From the NCBI GenBank assembly GCA_963829055.1, contig CAWHHI010000016.1, forward strand, positions 512,001 through 576,000: a stretch of 64,000 bases of DNA, read 5' to 3'. The stretch comes from an uncultured Gemmatimonadaceae bacterium. GTDB lineage: Bacteria; Gemmatimonadota; Gemmatimonadetes; Gemmatimonadales; Gemmatimonadaceae. Each line of letters opens with the position of its first letter. Positions within the stretch are counted from its first letter, which is position 1. Below, piece by piece: positions 1 to 10,948 of the stretch. A program made the translations under genes and the position numbers. The notes under the pieces were generated by a model, which had not been told where the DNA came from, searched no databases, and saw nothing but the letters and a program-made list of their open reading frames with translations.

Positions 1-1306
1 GCACGCCCCGCATGCACGGGAGACGGTCGTTCTCTCGAAATACTTCGGCGACAGCGAAGCCACGACGCTCGACGGCTGGCGCAAGCGCGGCGGCTACGTC
101 GCGCTCGAGAAGGCGTTAGGCATGACACCGGCCGAGATCGTGGGAATCGTCAAGGATTCGGGGCTCCGCGGTCGTGGCGGCGCCGGTTTCCCGACGGGGA
201 TGAAGTGGTCGTTCATGAAGCCGGGCGACGGGAAGCCGCACTACCTCTGCTGCAACGCCGACGAGTCCGAGCCGGGCACGTTCAAGGATCGCGAGATCAT
301 GCGCTGGACGCCGCACGCCCTCATCGAGGGCTGCGCGATCGGCGCGTACGCGATCGGCGCCGAGACGGCCTACATCTACATCCGCGGTGAGTTCACGGAG
401 CCGCTCGAGCGCATGGAGGCGGCAGTCCGCGAAGCGCGCGCGGCCGGCGTCATCGGGCCTAACGCGATGGGCACCGGCAAGCGCGTCGACGTCTGGGTGC
501 ACAAGGGCGCCGGCGCATACATCTGCGGCGAAGAAACGGCGCTCATGAACTCGCTCGAGGGACGCCGAGGCAACCCGCGCATCAAGCCGCCGTTCCCGGC
601 GGTCGCCGGCGTGTTCGGACAGCCGACGACGATCAACAACGTCGAGACGCTCGCCGCCGTGCCGCATATCCTGAACAACGGCGCGGAGTGGTACAAGAAA
701 TTCGCGCGTCCCGACAACCCGAAGAGCACGGGAACCAAGCTGTGGTCCGTGTGCGGTAACGTCGCACGACCAGGCAACTACGAAGTCGTAATGGGATTTC
801 CGTTCAAGGACTTCCTGTACGATCTCTGTGGTGGACCGTTGCCGGGCCGGAAGTTCAAAGCCGTCATTCCGGGCGGATCCTCGGTTCCGATCATGAACAT
901 GGAAGAGGCCGAGGCTGCGGTCATGGACTACGAAGGCATGGTGGCGAAAGGCTCCATGCTCGGCTCCGCGGGCTGCATCGTCATCGACGACGCGCAGTGC
1001 ATGGTCAAGCAGATCGCGCGCCTCGCGCGCTTCTACGCCCACGAGAGTTGCGCCCAGTGCACGCAGTGCCGTGAAGGCACGGCGTGGACGACGAAGATCA
1101 TGGAGCGCATCGAAGCAGGCGAGGGGTCGATGGATGACCTCGACACACTGCTCGAGATCGGTGACAGCATGACGGGCAAGACGATCTGCGTTCTCAGCGA
1201 CTCGTGCGCGGTGCCGGTCGTGTCGGGAATTCAGAAGTGGCGCCACGAGTTCGAAGCGCACATCAACGGCAAGCGGTGTCCGTTCCGCGCCGCCGCCGCG
1301 GCCTGA
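1..1306 (+). CDS. nuoF: NADH-quinone oxidoreductase subunit F (5' end outside window)
   Basis: GLRGRGGAGFPTG, NADESEPGTFKDR, GAGAYICGEETAL and ESCAQCTQCREG motifs; frame is open from position 2 upstream of the ATG at 122. Confidence 0.97.
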   Translation, partial: HAPHARETVVLSKYFGDSEATTLDGWRKRGGYVALEKALGMTPAEIVGIVKDSGLRGRGGAGFPTGMKWSFMKPGDGKPHYLCCNADESEPGTFKDREIMRWTPHALIEGCAIGAYAIGAETAYIYIRGEFTEPLERMEAAVREARAAGVIGPNAMGTGKRVDVWVHKGAGAYICGEETALMNSLEGRRGNPRIKPPFPAVAGVFGQPTTINNVETLAAVPHILNNGAEWYKKFARPDNPKSTGTKLWSVCGNVARPGNYEVVMGFPFKDFLYDLCGGPLPGRKFKAVIPGGSSVPIMNMEEAEAAVMDYEGMVAKGSMLGSAGCIVIDDAQCMVKQIARLARFYAHESCAQCTQCREGTAWTTKIMERIEAGEGSMDDLDTLLEIGDSMTGKTICVLSDSCAVPVVSGIQKWRHEFEAHINGKRCPFRAAAAA

Positions 1307-1339
1307 CGCCGCTGTCTCACGGTCTCGCCTAACGTATTC

Positions 1340-2911
1340 ATGGCTGACGTCAAGACGATCAACCTGACGATCGAGGGCCGGCCAGTCGCCGTCGCCGAGG
1401 GGACATCGATCCTCGAAGCGGCGCGCACGGCTGGCGTGCTCATTCCGCACTACTGCTACCACCCGGCGCTGCCGGTGGCGGGCGTGTGCCGCATGTGCCT
1501 CGTGGAAGTGGAGAAAGCCCCGAAGCTCGCGCCGGCGTGCGCGACGTCGGTGGCCGAGGGCCAGGTGGTGCACGTGCATTCCGAGAAAGCGCGCGAGGCC
1601 CGCAAGGGCGTGCTCGAGATGCTGCTCATCAACCACCCGCTCGATTGCCCGATCTGCGATCAGGCCGGCGAGTGCGAGCTCCAGGACTACACCTTCCAGG
1701 AAGGACGGAAAGACTCGCGCTACAAGGAGCCGAAGCGCTTCAACCCGATGGAAGACTTCGGCGGCGACGTCGTCTACGTCCCGAACCGCTGCATTCTGTG
1801 CACGCGTTGCGTGCGCTACATGGACGACGTCGCGCAGGACCCTGTGCTGAACGTCAGCGAGCGGGGCGATCGCGCCTACATCGGCAAGTTCGAGGGCAAG
1901 GATCTGACCCACCCGTGGGCAGGCAACGTCGTCGACCTGTGTCCGGTCGGAGCGCTGCTGTCCAAGGATTTCCTGAACAAGGCGCGCGCCTGGGAGCTCG
2001 ACCGCACCGCGTCCATCTGTCCCAACTGTACGCAGGGCTGCAACGCGATCATCGAGACGCGCGACAACGTCGTCGTCCGCATGCGCCCGCGTGGCAACCC
2101 CGACGTGAACGAGTTCTTCCTCTGTGACACCGGTCGACTCGACTATCGCTGGATGAACGGGCCGAACCGGCTCGAGCTGCCGGCGGTTCGGAACGGCACC
2201 GCGCTCGTGGACGCCGACTGGGATGTGGCGTTAGGCGCGGCCGCGACCGTACTGCGAGGGAAGCGCGCGCTCGTGCTGGCGTCACCGATGCTCTCGAACG
2301 AAGCGCTGCATCTGCTCAGCCGCGTCGTGAAGGCCACGGGCGGCAGCGGTGCGTTCCGTGTCGCTCGCGGCCCCGAAGCACCGCTGCCGGGCGTCAAGGA
2401 CCTGGCGCTCCGCTCGGAGCGCGCGGCAAACGTCGTCGGCGCCGAGAAGCTCGGCTTCACGAAGACCGACACGCCGCTCGCCGGCATGCGCGACGGCGAC
2501 GTGCTCCTGATCGTCAATCACGCGCTCACGGAGGCGGAGATCGCCACCGCGAACCGCGCGTCGGCGGTGGTCTTCGTTGGCACGACGTTGCCGGCTGGGC
2601 TGACGAACGTGGCAGCCGTGCTCCCGATCACGAACTTCGCCGAGGAAGAGGGCACGTTCACGAATCTGCGTGGTCGGGTCCAACGGTTCCTGCAAGCCAA
2701 GGCGGCGCCGGGACTGGCCCGACCGAGCTGGTTCGTGCTGGCCGACCTGCTTGCGTCGTTAGGCGAGACCACCAACTATTTCGTGCCGTCCGAGGTGTTC
2801 GCGGCGCTCGCCGCGAGTCATCCGGAGTTCGCGGGACTCAGCTACGACGCGTTGGGGCTGCGTGGGCTCCCCGTGGTCGGGGCCGCACAACCTGCAGGAG
2901 CGCCATCGTGA
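1340..2911 (+). CDS. nuoG: NADH-quinone oxidoreductase subunit G (short form, 523 aa)
   Basis: HYCYHP..CRMC, HPLDCPICDQAGECELQD, CILCTRC and CPNCTQGC Fe-S motifs; operon position. Confidence 0.93.
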   Translation: MADVKTINLTIEGRPVAVAEGTSILEAARTAGVLIPHYCYHPALPVAGVCRMCLVEVEKAPKLAPACATSVAEGQVVHVHSEKAREARKGVLEMLLINHPLDCPICDQAGECELQDYTFQEGRKDSRYKEPKRFNPMEDFGGDVVYVPNRCILCTRCVRYMDDVAQDPVLNVSERGDRAYIGKFEGKDLTHPWAGNVVDLCPVGALLSKDFLNKARAWELDRTASICPNCTQGCNAIIETRDNVVVRMRPRGNPDVNEFFLCDTGRLDYRWMNGPNRLELPAVRNGTALVDADWDVALGAAATVLRGKRALVLASPMLSNEALHLLSRVVKATGGSGAFRVARGPEAPLPGVKDLALRSERAANVVGAEKLGFTKTDTPLAGMRDGDVLLIVNHALTEAEIATANRASAVVFVGTTLPAGLTNVAAVLPITNFAEEEGTFTNLRGRVQRFLQAKAAPGLARPSWFVLADLLASLGETTNYFVPSEVFAALAASHPEFAGLSYDALGLRGLPVVGAAQPAGAPS

Positions 2912-4197
2912 TTCCGGTGCCCGTCTACGCGGTGGTCCATACGACTCCGGAACCGCCGCTTCCGTTCTGGGTGTTCCTCATCTCGACCGTGGTGAAGATG
3001 GTCGTCGTCTTCACGGTCTACATGGTCGGCGTCGCCCTGCTCACGTTGGCCGAGCGCAAGATCTCCGCGTGGATTCAGGGCCGGCTCGGTCCGAATCGCG
3101 TAGGCGGTAAGCTCGGCCTGCTGCAGCCGGCCGCTGACGGCGTGAAGAACATCATGAAGGAAGAGACGCTGCCGACGCACGTGAACAAGCCGATCTTCAT
3201 GCTGGCGCCGATGCTCGCGTTCATTCCCGCGATGGTGGCGTGGGCAGTCATACCGTTCGGCGCGCCGTGGGACTCGAAGTGGGGTCGGATCCCGATGGTC
3301 GTCGCGGACCTGCCCGTCGGCTTCCTGTTCACGCTCGCGATATCGTCGTTAGGTGTGTACGGCATCGTGCTCGCCGGCTGGTCCTCGAACAACAAATACG
3401 CACTCCTCGGCGGCCTCAGATCGAGCGCGCAGATGATCTCGTACGAGATCGCGATGGGCATGTCGCTCATTCCCGTGCTCCTGCTCGCCGGCAATGTCAC
3501 GCTCAACGAGATCGTGGATCAGCAGGCGAACATGCACATCTGGAACGTGCTGACGCTGACGATCTCGTTCTTCATCTTCGTCGTCGCGGCGTTCGCCGAG
3601 ACGAACCGGCTTCCGTTCGACCTGCCGGAGGCGGAGTCCGAGCTCATCGCGGGGTATCACACCGAGTACAGCGCGATGAAGTTCTCCATGTTCCCGATTT
3701 CCGAATACGCGAACATGGCGACGTCGAGCGCGCTCATGGCGACGTTGTTCTTCGGCGGCTGGGACATTCCGTTCACGCGGGTCGACAACACGACCGGCGT
3801 GTCGTTTCTCATGACGCTACTGTCCATCGGACTGTTCGGGCTGAAGACGCTGTTCTTCATCTTCGTCTTCATCTGGATCCGCTGGACGTTACCGCGGTTC
3901 CGCTATGATCAGCTGATGTCGCTCGGGTGGAAGTTCATGCTGCCCCTCGCGCTCTCGTACATCGTGATCGTCGCGTCGGTGATGCTCGGGTTGGACTATG
4001 TGGGACTCGAGCGCGGCTTTTTCTACGGGCTCGCGATGCTCGGCGTGAACGTGGTGCTCGTGATCATCACGTTCTTCCTGCTCGACCGTGGGCGGGTCAT
4101 CAGCCCAGCGTACGGGCGCGCGACACCACAGCAGATCGCGCGACTTCGCGCAGTGACGACGTCGCGCTCGCATCTCAGCCCACAGTCAGGAGATTGA
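2908..4197 (+). CDS. nuoH: NADH-quinone oxidoreductase subunit H
   Basis: ERKISAWIQGRLGPNRVG, AETNRLPFDLPEAESEL, PRFRYDQLM. Confidence 0.97.
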   Translation: MIPVPVYAVVHTTPEPPLPFWVFLISTVVKMVVVFTVYMVGVALLTLAERKISAWIQGRLGPNRVGGKLGLLQPAADGVKNIMKEETLPTHVNKPIFMLAPMLAFIPAMVAWAVIPFGAPWDSKWGRIPMVVADLPVGFLFTLAISSLGVYGIVLAGWSSNNKYALLGGLRSSAQMISYEIAMGMSLIPVLLLAGNVTLNEIVDQQANMHIWNVLTLTISFFIFVVAAFAETNRLPFDLPEAESELIAGYHTEYSAMKFSMFPISEYANMATSSALMATLFFGGWDIPFTRVDNTTGVSFLMTLLSIGLFGLKTLFFIFVFIWIRWTLPRFRYDQLMSLGWKFMLPLALSYIVIVASVMLGLDYVGLERGFFYGLAMLGVNVVLVIITFFLLDRGRVISPAYGRATPQQIARLRAVTTSRSHLSPQSGD

Positions 4198-4691
4198 TGG
4201 CGATCAACGTGAAGGTGCTCGACCGCCCGGTAGAGCAGGTCAGCTACATGCGGGCGACGCTGAAGGGGATGGCAATGACCTTCAGCCACCTGTTCAAAGA
4301 GAAAGTGACGACGCAGTACCCGGAGCAGAAAGAGAGCATCTCGCGCCGCTGGCGCGGCACGCATCGCATGCTGACGACGGAAACCGGCAAGGCGAAGTGC
4401 GTCGCCTGCGGTCTCTGCCCGACGGTGTGCCCGTCGAACTGCATCAAGCTCGTGCCGGGCGAGGACGAGCAGGGGAACCGCTATCCGCTCGTGTTCGAGA
4501 TCGATGAGTTCCGTTGCATCTTCTGCGGCTACTGCCAGGAAGTCTGCCCGGAAGAGGCGATCCACGTTGGACGCCACTACGAGAACTCGGAGTACAGCCG
4601 CGAGGGATTCGTCTACGACCTCGAGCGGTTGATGGCGCAGACACACCCGGTTTCGGAGATGTGGGATCCGTCTGATCCAAAAGGCGAGTAG
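4197..4691 (+). CDS. nuoI: NADH-quinone oxidoreductase subunit I
   Basis: Two CxxCxxCxxxCP ferredoxin motifs; ATG at 4197 overlaps the nuoH stop. Confidence 0.96.
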   Translation: MAINVKVLDRPVEQVSYMRATLKGMAMTFSHLFKEKVTTQYPEQKESISRRWRGTHRMLTTETGKAKCVACGLCPTVCPSNCIKLVPGEDEQGNRYPLVFEIDEFRCIFCGYCQEVCPEEAIHVGRHYENSEYSREGFVYDLERLMAQTHPVSEMWDPSDPKGE

Positions 4692-4702
4692 CACCAGCAC
4701 TC

Positions 4703-5245
4703 ATGCCGAACTTTTTCTACGAAGTTCACTTCTATCTGTTCGGACTGCTCGCGATCGCCTCGTCGATCGCGTTCGTCACGCGCAAGAGTCCCGTGTCCGC
4801 CGCGCTCTGGCTCGTGAGCACGATGTTCTGCCTCGCGGCGCTGTACGTGATGCTCGAGGCGCACTTCATTGGCGTGATTCAGGTGCTCGTGTACGCCGGC
4901 GCCATCATGGTCGTGTTCCTGTTCGTCGTCATGCTGCTCAACCTCGGCGAGGCGTCGGCGATTGCCGACACACGCGGGAAGTGGGGACGGCTGGCGGCGG
5001 GGCTGCTCGGACTTGCGCTGCTCGCCCAGGTGATGGCGCTCACCGGCAAACGGCTTCCCGAGCCGTTCACGCCTGGCGGCGGCTACGACTCCGTGGCGGT
5101 GCGGGACCTGGGCGCGGTCGGCAGCGTCGCGCAACCGCTGTTCAATGAGTATCTGCTCGCGTTCGAGCTGACGAGCATTCTCCTGCTCGTCGCCATAGTG
5201 GGCGCGGTCGTCATTGGGCGCAGGAGACAAGCTGATGCTCGCTGA
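4703..5245 (+). CDS. nuoJ: NADH-quinone oxidoreductase subunit J
   Basis: [37 protein letters not shown]. Confidence 0.96.
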   Translation: MPNFFYEVHFYLFGLLAIASSIAFVTRKSPVSAALWLVSTMFCLAALYVMLEAHFIGVIQVLVYAGAIMVVFLFVVMLLNLGEASAIADTRGKWGRLAAGLLGLALLAQVMALTGKRLPEPFTPGGGYDSVAVRDLGAVGSVAQPLFNEYLLAFELTSILLLVAIVGAVVIGRRRQADAR

Positions 5246-5528
5246 ATCGCTCGCACTGTCCGCGGTGCTGTTCACCATCGGCGCCATCGGCGTGCTCACG
5301 CGCCGTAACGCGATCATCATCTTCATGTGCGTGGAGCTCATGCTCAACGCGGTGAACCTGACGTTCGTCGCGCTGAGCAAGGTCTACGGCATGGCGGGCC
5401 AGGTGTTCGTGGTCTTCGTCATGACGGTCGCAGCGGCCGAAGCGGCAGTCGGACTCGCGATCATCATCGCGATCTTCAGACACCGGCAGACCGTCGATCT
5501 GGAAAACATCAATCTGCTGAAAGGCTAA
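5235..5528 (+). CDS. nuoK: NADH-quinone oxidoreductase subunit K
   Basis: [35 protein letters not shown] upstream of ATG 5235. Confidence 0.96.
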   Translation: MLAESLALSAVLFTIGAIGVLTRRNAIIIFMCVELMLNAVNLTFVALSKVYGMAGQVFVVFVMTVAAAEAAVGLAIIIAIFRHRQTVDLENINLLKG

Positions 5529-7724
5529 TGCTGCTTCAGGAAGCGACCACGGGCGCGCATCCGCTCAGCGGCAGTATCGCCGAGTTGGTCTGGCTCATCC
5601 CGGTGCTGCCGTTCATCGGGTTTCTCATCAATGGCTGGCTCTCGATCGCGTCCGCGGTGCGAGTGGGTCCTCGCGACCCGAGCGCGGCTGGACACGACGC
5701 AGTAGGTCACGGCGAGGACCACGGGCACGGCGGCGATTCCGGCGGTGCGCATGGCGACGATCACCACGTAGCGGCTCGGCACAAGTATGCGAGCCTGGTG
5801 TCGCTCGTCGGCCCTGCGGTGCTGCTGCTCTCGTTCGGTCTCACCGTCGCCATCTTCATGGCGATGCTCGGCGTGAGTCGCGAGGCGCCGTTCGTGCGCA
5901 CGCTGTTCTCGTGGATTCCGGCCGGCGACCTGCACATCGACGCTGCGCTGCAAGTCGATCCACTCTCGATGGTGATGACGCTCGTCATCACGGGCGTCGG
6001 GACGCTGATCCACATTTTCAGCGTCGGTTACATGCAGGACGATCCGGGATACCCGCGCTACTTCGCGTATCTCAATCTGTTCGTCTCCTTCATGCTCGTG
6101 CTCGTGCTGGGCGCGAGCTATCCGGTGCTGTTCGTCGGCTGGGAAGGCGTCGGACTCTGCTCCTATCTGCTCATCGGATTCTGGTTCACCGACAAGGCAA
6201 ACGCGGACGCCGGCAAGAAGGCGTTCATCGTGAATCGCATCGGTGACTTCGGATTTCTGATCGCGATGTTCCTCATGTTCGCGAACCTGGGAGCGCTCGA
6301 CTTCGCCGGCGTGTCGGCCGCCGCGCCCGCGCTCGGCCTGAATAGCGCGCTGGCCACCACGATCTGCCTCTTCCTGTTCCTCGGCTGCGCGGGCAAGAGC
6401 GCGCAGATTCCGCTGTACGTCTGGCTGCCTGACGCGATGGCGGGTCCGACGCCGGTGTCGGCGCTGATCCATGCGGCGACGATGGTGACGGCGGGCGTGT
6501 ACCTCATCGCCCGCAGCTCGTTTCTGTTCTCGCTGGCGCCGGTCGCTCAGCTGACGGTCGCGTTCGTTGGCGCACTGACGGCGCTGTTCGCGGCGACCAT
6601 CGGGCTCAAGCAGTGGGACATCAAGCGCGTCCTCGCGTACTCGACGGTCTCGCAGCTCGGCTACATGTTCGTCGGCGTTGGCGTCGGTGCGTACGCGGCA
6701 GGTGTCTTCCACCTCGTGACGCACGCCTTCTTCAAGGCGCTGCTGTTCCTCGGCTCGGGCTCGGTGATCTTCGCGATGCACCGCGCCTACCACGCGACGC
6801 ACAACCACGACGACGCGCAGGACATGCGCAACATGGGCGGCCTCCGGCGCTACATGCCGGTGACGTTCGTCCTGATGTGGATCGCGACGCTGGCCATCGC
6901 GGGCATTCCGATCTTCGCCGGCTTCTTCTCGAAGGACGAGATCCTCGGCGCCGTGTTCGAGCGGGCGCACGAATCGACACTCGCGCAGGTGTCGTGGTTA
7001 GGCATTCCCGGAACGACGCTCCTGTATCTCATCTATGCCATGGGACTCGCGGCGGCGCTGCTGACGGCGATCTACATGACGCGGATGATGCTGTACACGT
7101 TCCACGGACCGAATCGCAGCGGCGAGACCGAGCAGTCGCATCTCGCCGAGGCACCGTGGGTCATGACGGGGCCGCTGGTGGTGTTAGGCGTCCTGAGCGC
7201 GTTCGGCGGTTGGCTCAACCTGCCCGTCGCTCTTGCCGATCGGTCCCATCGGCGTGCTCGAGCACTGGCTCGAGCCGGTCGTTGGTCCGGCGACGGCGGC
7301 GGTGACCGGCGGCGCAGCCGAACCTGCGCACTCCACTGAATTCGCGTTGATTGGCGCGGCGGTCGCGATTGCGGTGCTCGGTATCATCATCGCGTTCGTG
7401 CGGCTCAAGCCGGCGCGACTCGTGCCGAAAGCGCAGGCGCCGGAAGAGCAGGGAATCGAGCGCGTGCTGCTCAACAAGTACTACGTCGACGAGCTGTACG
7501 ATCGCACGATCGTTAGGCCGACCGTGTGGGTCTCGCGGAGCGTGCTGTCGCAGGGAGTCGATCAGGGGCTCATCGACAAGGTGCTCGTCACGTGGGTTGG
7601 CACCGGGATTCCGCGGCTGTTCGGCTGGTTCGGTTCGCGACTGCAATCAGGGCAGGTCGGCACGTACGCCTGGGTTCTTCTGATTGGCGTCATCGCGGTG
7701 CTCGGCGCCTTCACTCTCCGCTGA
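5528..7724 (+). CDS. nuoL: NADH-quinone oxidoreductase subunit L (frameshift near 7230, probably a sequencing error)
   Basis: GWEGVGLCSYLLIGFW, WLPDAMAGPTPVSALIHAATMV; C-terminus (KYYVDELY..LQSGQV) continues in the 7233-7724 frame. Confidence 0.93.
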
Positions 7725-7728
7725 TTCG

Positions 7729-9366
7729 ATGCCCGACTTCCTGAACTCGATCGGATACGAGGCGTGGGTTCTTCCCACGCTGCTGGCGATTCCTGTCGCC
7801 GGCGCGCTCGTGCTGCTCCTGCACGGCGCCTCGAGCAAGGGCGAAGGCGGCGGCGGTCTCGACGACGCTGGGGCGATGTTCGCCCGCCGCATCACGCTGT
7901 TCACGTTCCTGCTGGAGTTCGTCGTCTCGATCGGACTGTGGTGGGTCGTGCTGCCGGGCGAAGCTGGCTTTCGCGCCGTCGTGGATCTGCCGTGGATCCG
8001 CACGTGGGGGATCCGGTTTGCGCTGGGCGTCGATGGCATCTCCGTGATGCTCGTGCTCCTCACGACACTCATCATGCCGCTGGTGGTCCTCGGCGGATGG
8101 ACGAGCGTTCGTACGAAGGTGCACGCGTATCACGCGCTCATGCTGATCCTCACGAGCGGCATGCTCGGCGTGTTCGTCGCGCGCGATCTCTTCCTCTTCT
8201 ACGTGATGTGGGAAGTGATGCTGGTGCCGATGTACTTCATCGTCGGCATCTGGGGCGGCGCACGCAGACTCTACGCGGCGCTCAAGTTCTTCCTGTTCAC
8301 GATGGTCGGGTCGCTGCTCATGCTCGTCGCGATCCTGTACCTCGGGATCAAGGCGGGCGATCCGGCGACGGGCATTCCAAACTTCGCGTTCGATCGCATC
8401 TTCGCCGCGGCTGCCCAGCATGCGCAGGGCAGCCTCGAGTTGTCGTGGCTCGGACTCTCGATTCCCGCGGACACGCTGCTGTTTCTCGCGTTCTTCGGCG
8501 CCTTCGCGGTGAAGGTGCCGATGTTCCCGTTCCATACGTGGCTGCCTGACGCGCACGTCGAGGCGCCGACCGCTGGTTCGGTGATCCTCGCGAGCATCAT
8601 GCTGAAGCTCGGCACGTACGGATTCATTCGGCTCGCCATTCCGCTCTTCCCGGCAGCGGCGATGAGTCCAGGGATGCGCACCGGAATCATCATTCTCGCC
8701 GTGGTCGGCGTGATCTACGGATCACTCGTGGCGATGGTGCAGACCGACTTCAAGAAGCTCGTCGCTTACTCGTCCGTCGCTCACCTTGGCATGGTGATGC
8801 TCGGGCTGTTCGCGCTGACTCGCGAGAGCGTGCAGGGCGCGATGATGGTGATGCTCGGCCACGGTCTTTCGACGGGCGCGCTGTTCCTCCTGATCGGCAT
8901 GATTTACGAGCGACGCCACTCGCGTGAGATCGCGGCGTACGGCGGCATCGCGAAGGTGGCCCCGGTGTTCGCGACGCTGTTGACCGTCGTTGCCCTCAGC
9001 AGCATCGGACTGCCCGGCACGAACGGGTTCATCTCGGAGTTCCTCGTGATGGTCGGATCGTTCAAGACGTTCCCGTACCTCACCACGATCTCCGCGATCG
9101 GCGTCATTCTCGGCGCGGCGTACATGCTGTGGGCCCTTCAGCGGATCATCTACAATCCGCTCGACAAGGCGGACAACGAGCACCTCACGGATCTGAACTG
9201 GCGCGAGATCGGGCTGCTGGTGCCGGTCCTGATCGGCATCCTCTGGCTGGGGCTGTACCCGAAGCCCGTGCTCGCTCGAATGGAAGCGGCCACCACCAAC
9301 TTCGTGCGGTCCGTTGAAGCGGGTGCCGCCACGCAGTCGGCGAGCTTGCCGGCGGGAGGCCGCTGA
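7729..9366 (+). CDS. nuoM: NADH-quinone oxidoreductase subunit M
   Basis: KVPMFPFHTWLPDAHVEAPTAGS, LPGTNGFISEF. Confidence 0.96.
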   Translation: MPDFLNSIGYEAWVLPTLLAIPVAGALVLLLHGASSKGEGGGGLDDAGAMFARRITLFTFLLEFVVSIGLWWVVLPGEAGFRAVVDLPWIRTWGIRFALGVDGISVMLVLLTTLIMPLVVLGGWTSVRTKVHAYHALMLILTSGMLGVFVARDLFLFYVMWEVMLVPMYFIVGIWGGARRLYAALKFFLFTMVGSLLMLVAILYLGIKAGDPATGIPNFAFDRIFAAAAQHAQGSLELSWLGLSIPADTLLFLAFFGAFAVKVPMFPFHTWLPDAHVEAPTAGSVILASIMLKLGTYGFIRLAIPLFPAAAMSPGMRTGIIILAVVGVIYGSLVAMVQTDFKKLVAYSSVAHLGMVMLGLFALTRESVQGAMMVMLGHGLSTGALFLLIGMIYERRHSREIAAYGGIAKVAPVFATLLTVVALSSIGLPGTNGFISEFLVMVGSFKTFPYLTTISAIGVILGAAYMLWALQRIIYNPLDKADNEHLTDLNWREIGLLVPVLIGILWLGLYPKPVLARMEAATTNFVRSVEAGAATQSASLPAGGR

Positions 9367-10904
9367 TGCCGATCGATGTCACGCTCCCGGGCGGCCTAAC
9401 GCTGGCCCTTGTCCCGGACCTGATTCTGATCGCCGGCGCGATGGTACTCATGCTGTGGGCGGCGTGGAGGCCGGACAGCGCGAGCCATCAGCGATCCGTC
9501 GGTGTTGGAGCACTCCTGCTCACCGTCGTGACGACGGTCGCGGTGATCGTGTTCGCGATGGGTGGCTATACGGCCAAGCCCGGAATCATCGCGGTCGATG
9601 GCTTCCGCTGGGGCTCCGATCTGATCTTCCTGCTCGCGACGTTCATCGCGATCGCGCTCTCGATCGACTACAACACCCGCGAAGGCATCGACGCGCCTGA
9701 GTCGCACGTGCTCGTGCTGTTCGCGACGAGCGGCATGATGATGCTCGCCGCTGCGCGCGATCTCATGATCATCTTCCTCGGCATCGAGCTCATGTCGATC
9801 GCCGTGTACGTACTCGCGGGCCTCAATCGCCGCAGTGGGCGGTCGGCCGAAGCGGCGATCAAGTATTTCCTGCTCGGTGCGTTCTCGACGGCGTTCCTCC
9901 TGTACGGAATCGCCCTCGTGTACGGCGCGACCGGCGCGACGAACCTCACGGTCATCGCTGATCGCGTCCGACAGTTCCAGTTGGGCGAGAGCCCAATGTT
10001 GCTGGCCGGCATCGCACTGCTGCTCGTCGGTTTCAGCTTCAAGGTCGCCGCCGCGCCATTCCACATGTGGACGCCGGACGTGTACGAGGGCGCTCCGACA
10101 CCGATCACCGGCTACATGGCGGCTGCCGTCAAGGCAGCTGGCTTCGCCGCGTTCCTTCGCGTGTGGCTGGAGGCCTTTGGCGGTTCATACACGCGCTGGC
10201 ACGTTGCCGTATGGTGGATCGCGGCCATCACGATGGTCGTCGGTAACGTCGTCGCGCTCTCGCAGAAGAATCTCAAGCGCCTGCTCGCCTACTCGAGCAT
10301 CGCCCACTCGGGCTTCGTGCTCGTTGCGCTCGTCGTCGGCACGCCAGCGGGATCGTCGGCGTTCATCTTCTACCTGTTCGCGTACACCCTGGCGACGATG
10401 GGTGCGTTCGCGGTCATCGTCGCCCTCGGTCAGCCAGGCGAAGGCGACCTGACGATCGAGAGCTACGCCGGTCTGTGGAACGACCGTCCCTGGATGGCCG
10501 CCGCGATGACGGTGTTCATGCTCGCGCTGCTCGGCTTCCCGATCGTCGGCGGAATCGGCTTCCTCGCGAAGTGGTACGTGCTGCAGGCCGCCCTGCAGGC
10601 CCCCGCGCCGCAGGCCAGGCTCGCGGTACTGCTCGTCATCACGACGGCCATCTCCGCCGGCTACTATCTCCAGGTCGTGCGCGTGATGTACATGAAGCCG
10701 CGTGCGGCGAACGCAGTCGCGTCGCTGCCGACCGGAAGGCTGACGCGTTTCGTGATCGCGGCAGCAGCCATTCTCATCGTCGTCCTGGGGCTGTTCCCGG
10801 ATTCGCTCGCGAACCTGGCGCAGCGCGGAGCCGCCATTCCTCCGGCGCCGCAAACGGCGACGGCGGCGACCGAGACTTCCTTGCCAACGGCCGGAGGCCG
10901 GTAG
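9366..10904 (+). CDS. nuoN: NADH-quinone oxidoreductase subunit N
   Basis: EAAIKYFLLGA, FKVAAAPFHMWTPDVYEGAP, KRLLAYSSIAH. Confidence 0.96.
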   Translation: MPIDVTLPGGLTLALVPDLILIAGAMVLMLWAAWRPDSASHQRSVGVGALLLTVVTTVAVIVFAMGGYTAKPGIIAVDGFRWGSDLIFLLATFIAIALSIDYNTREGIDAPESHVLVLFATSGMMMLAAARDLMIIFLGIELMSIAVYVLAGLNRRSGRSAEAAIKYFLLGAFSTAFLLYGIALVYGATGATNLTVIADRVRQFQLGESPMLLAGIALLLVGFSFKVAAAPFHMWTPDVYEGAPTPITGYMAAAVKAAGFAAFLRVWLEAFGGSYTRWHVAVWWIAAITMVVGNVVALSQKNLKRLLAYSSIAHSGFVLVALVVGTPAGSSAFIFYLFAYTLATMGAFAVIVALGQPGEGDLTIESYAGLWNDRPWMAAAMTVFMLALLGFPIVGGIGFLAKWYVLQAALQAPAPQARLAVLLVITTAISAGYYLQVVRVMYMKPRAANAVASLPTGRLTRFVIAAAAILIVVLGLFPDSLANLAQRGAAIPPAPQTATAATETSLPTAGGR

Positions 10905-10948
10905 CGACACGGGTCCGCGGTCGCGGACCCGTCGCGTGTCGAGCTCGA

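Noticed and set aside
1340..2911. Short NuoG as a truncated pseudogene
   Set aside because: All Fe-S motifs are present, the ORF is continuous and its stop overlaps the nuoH start.
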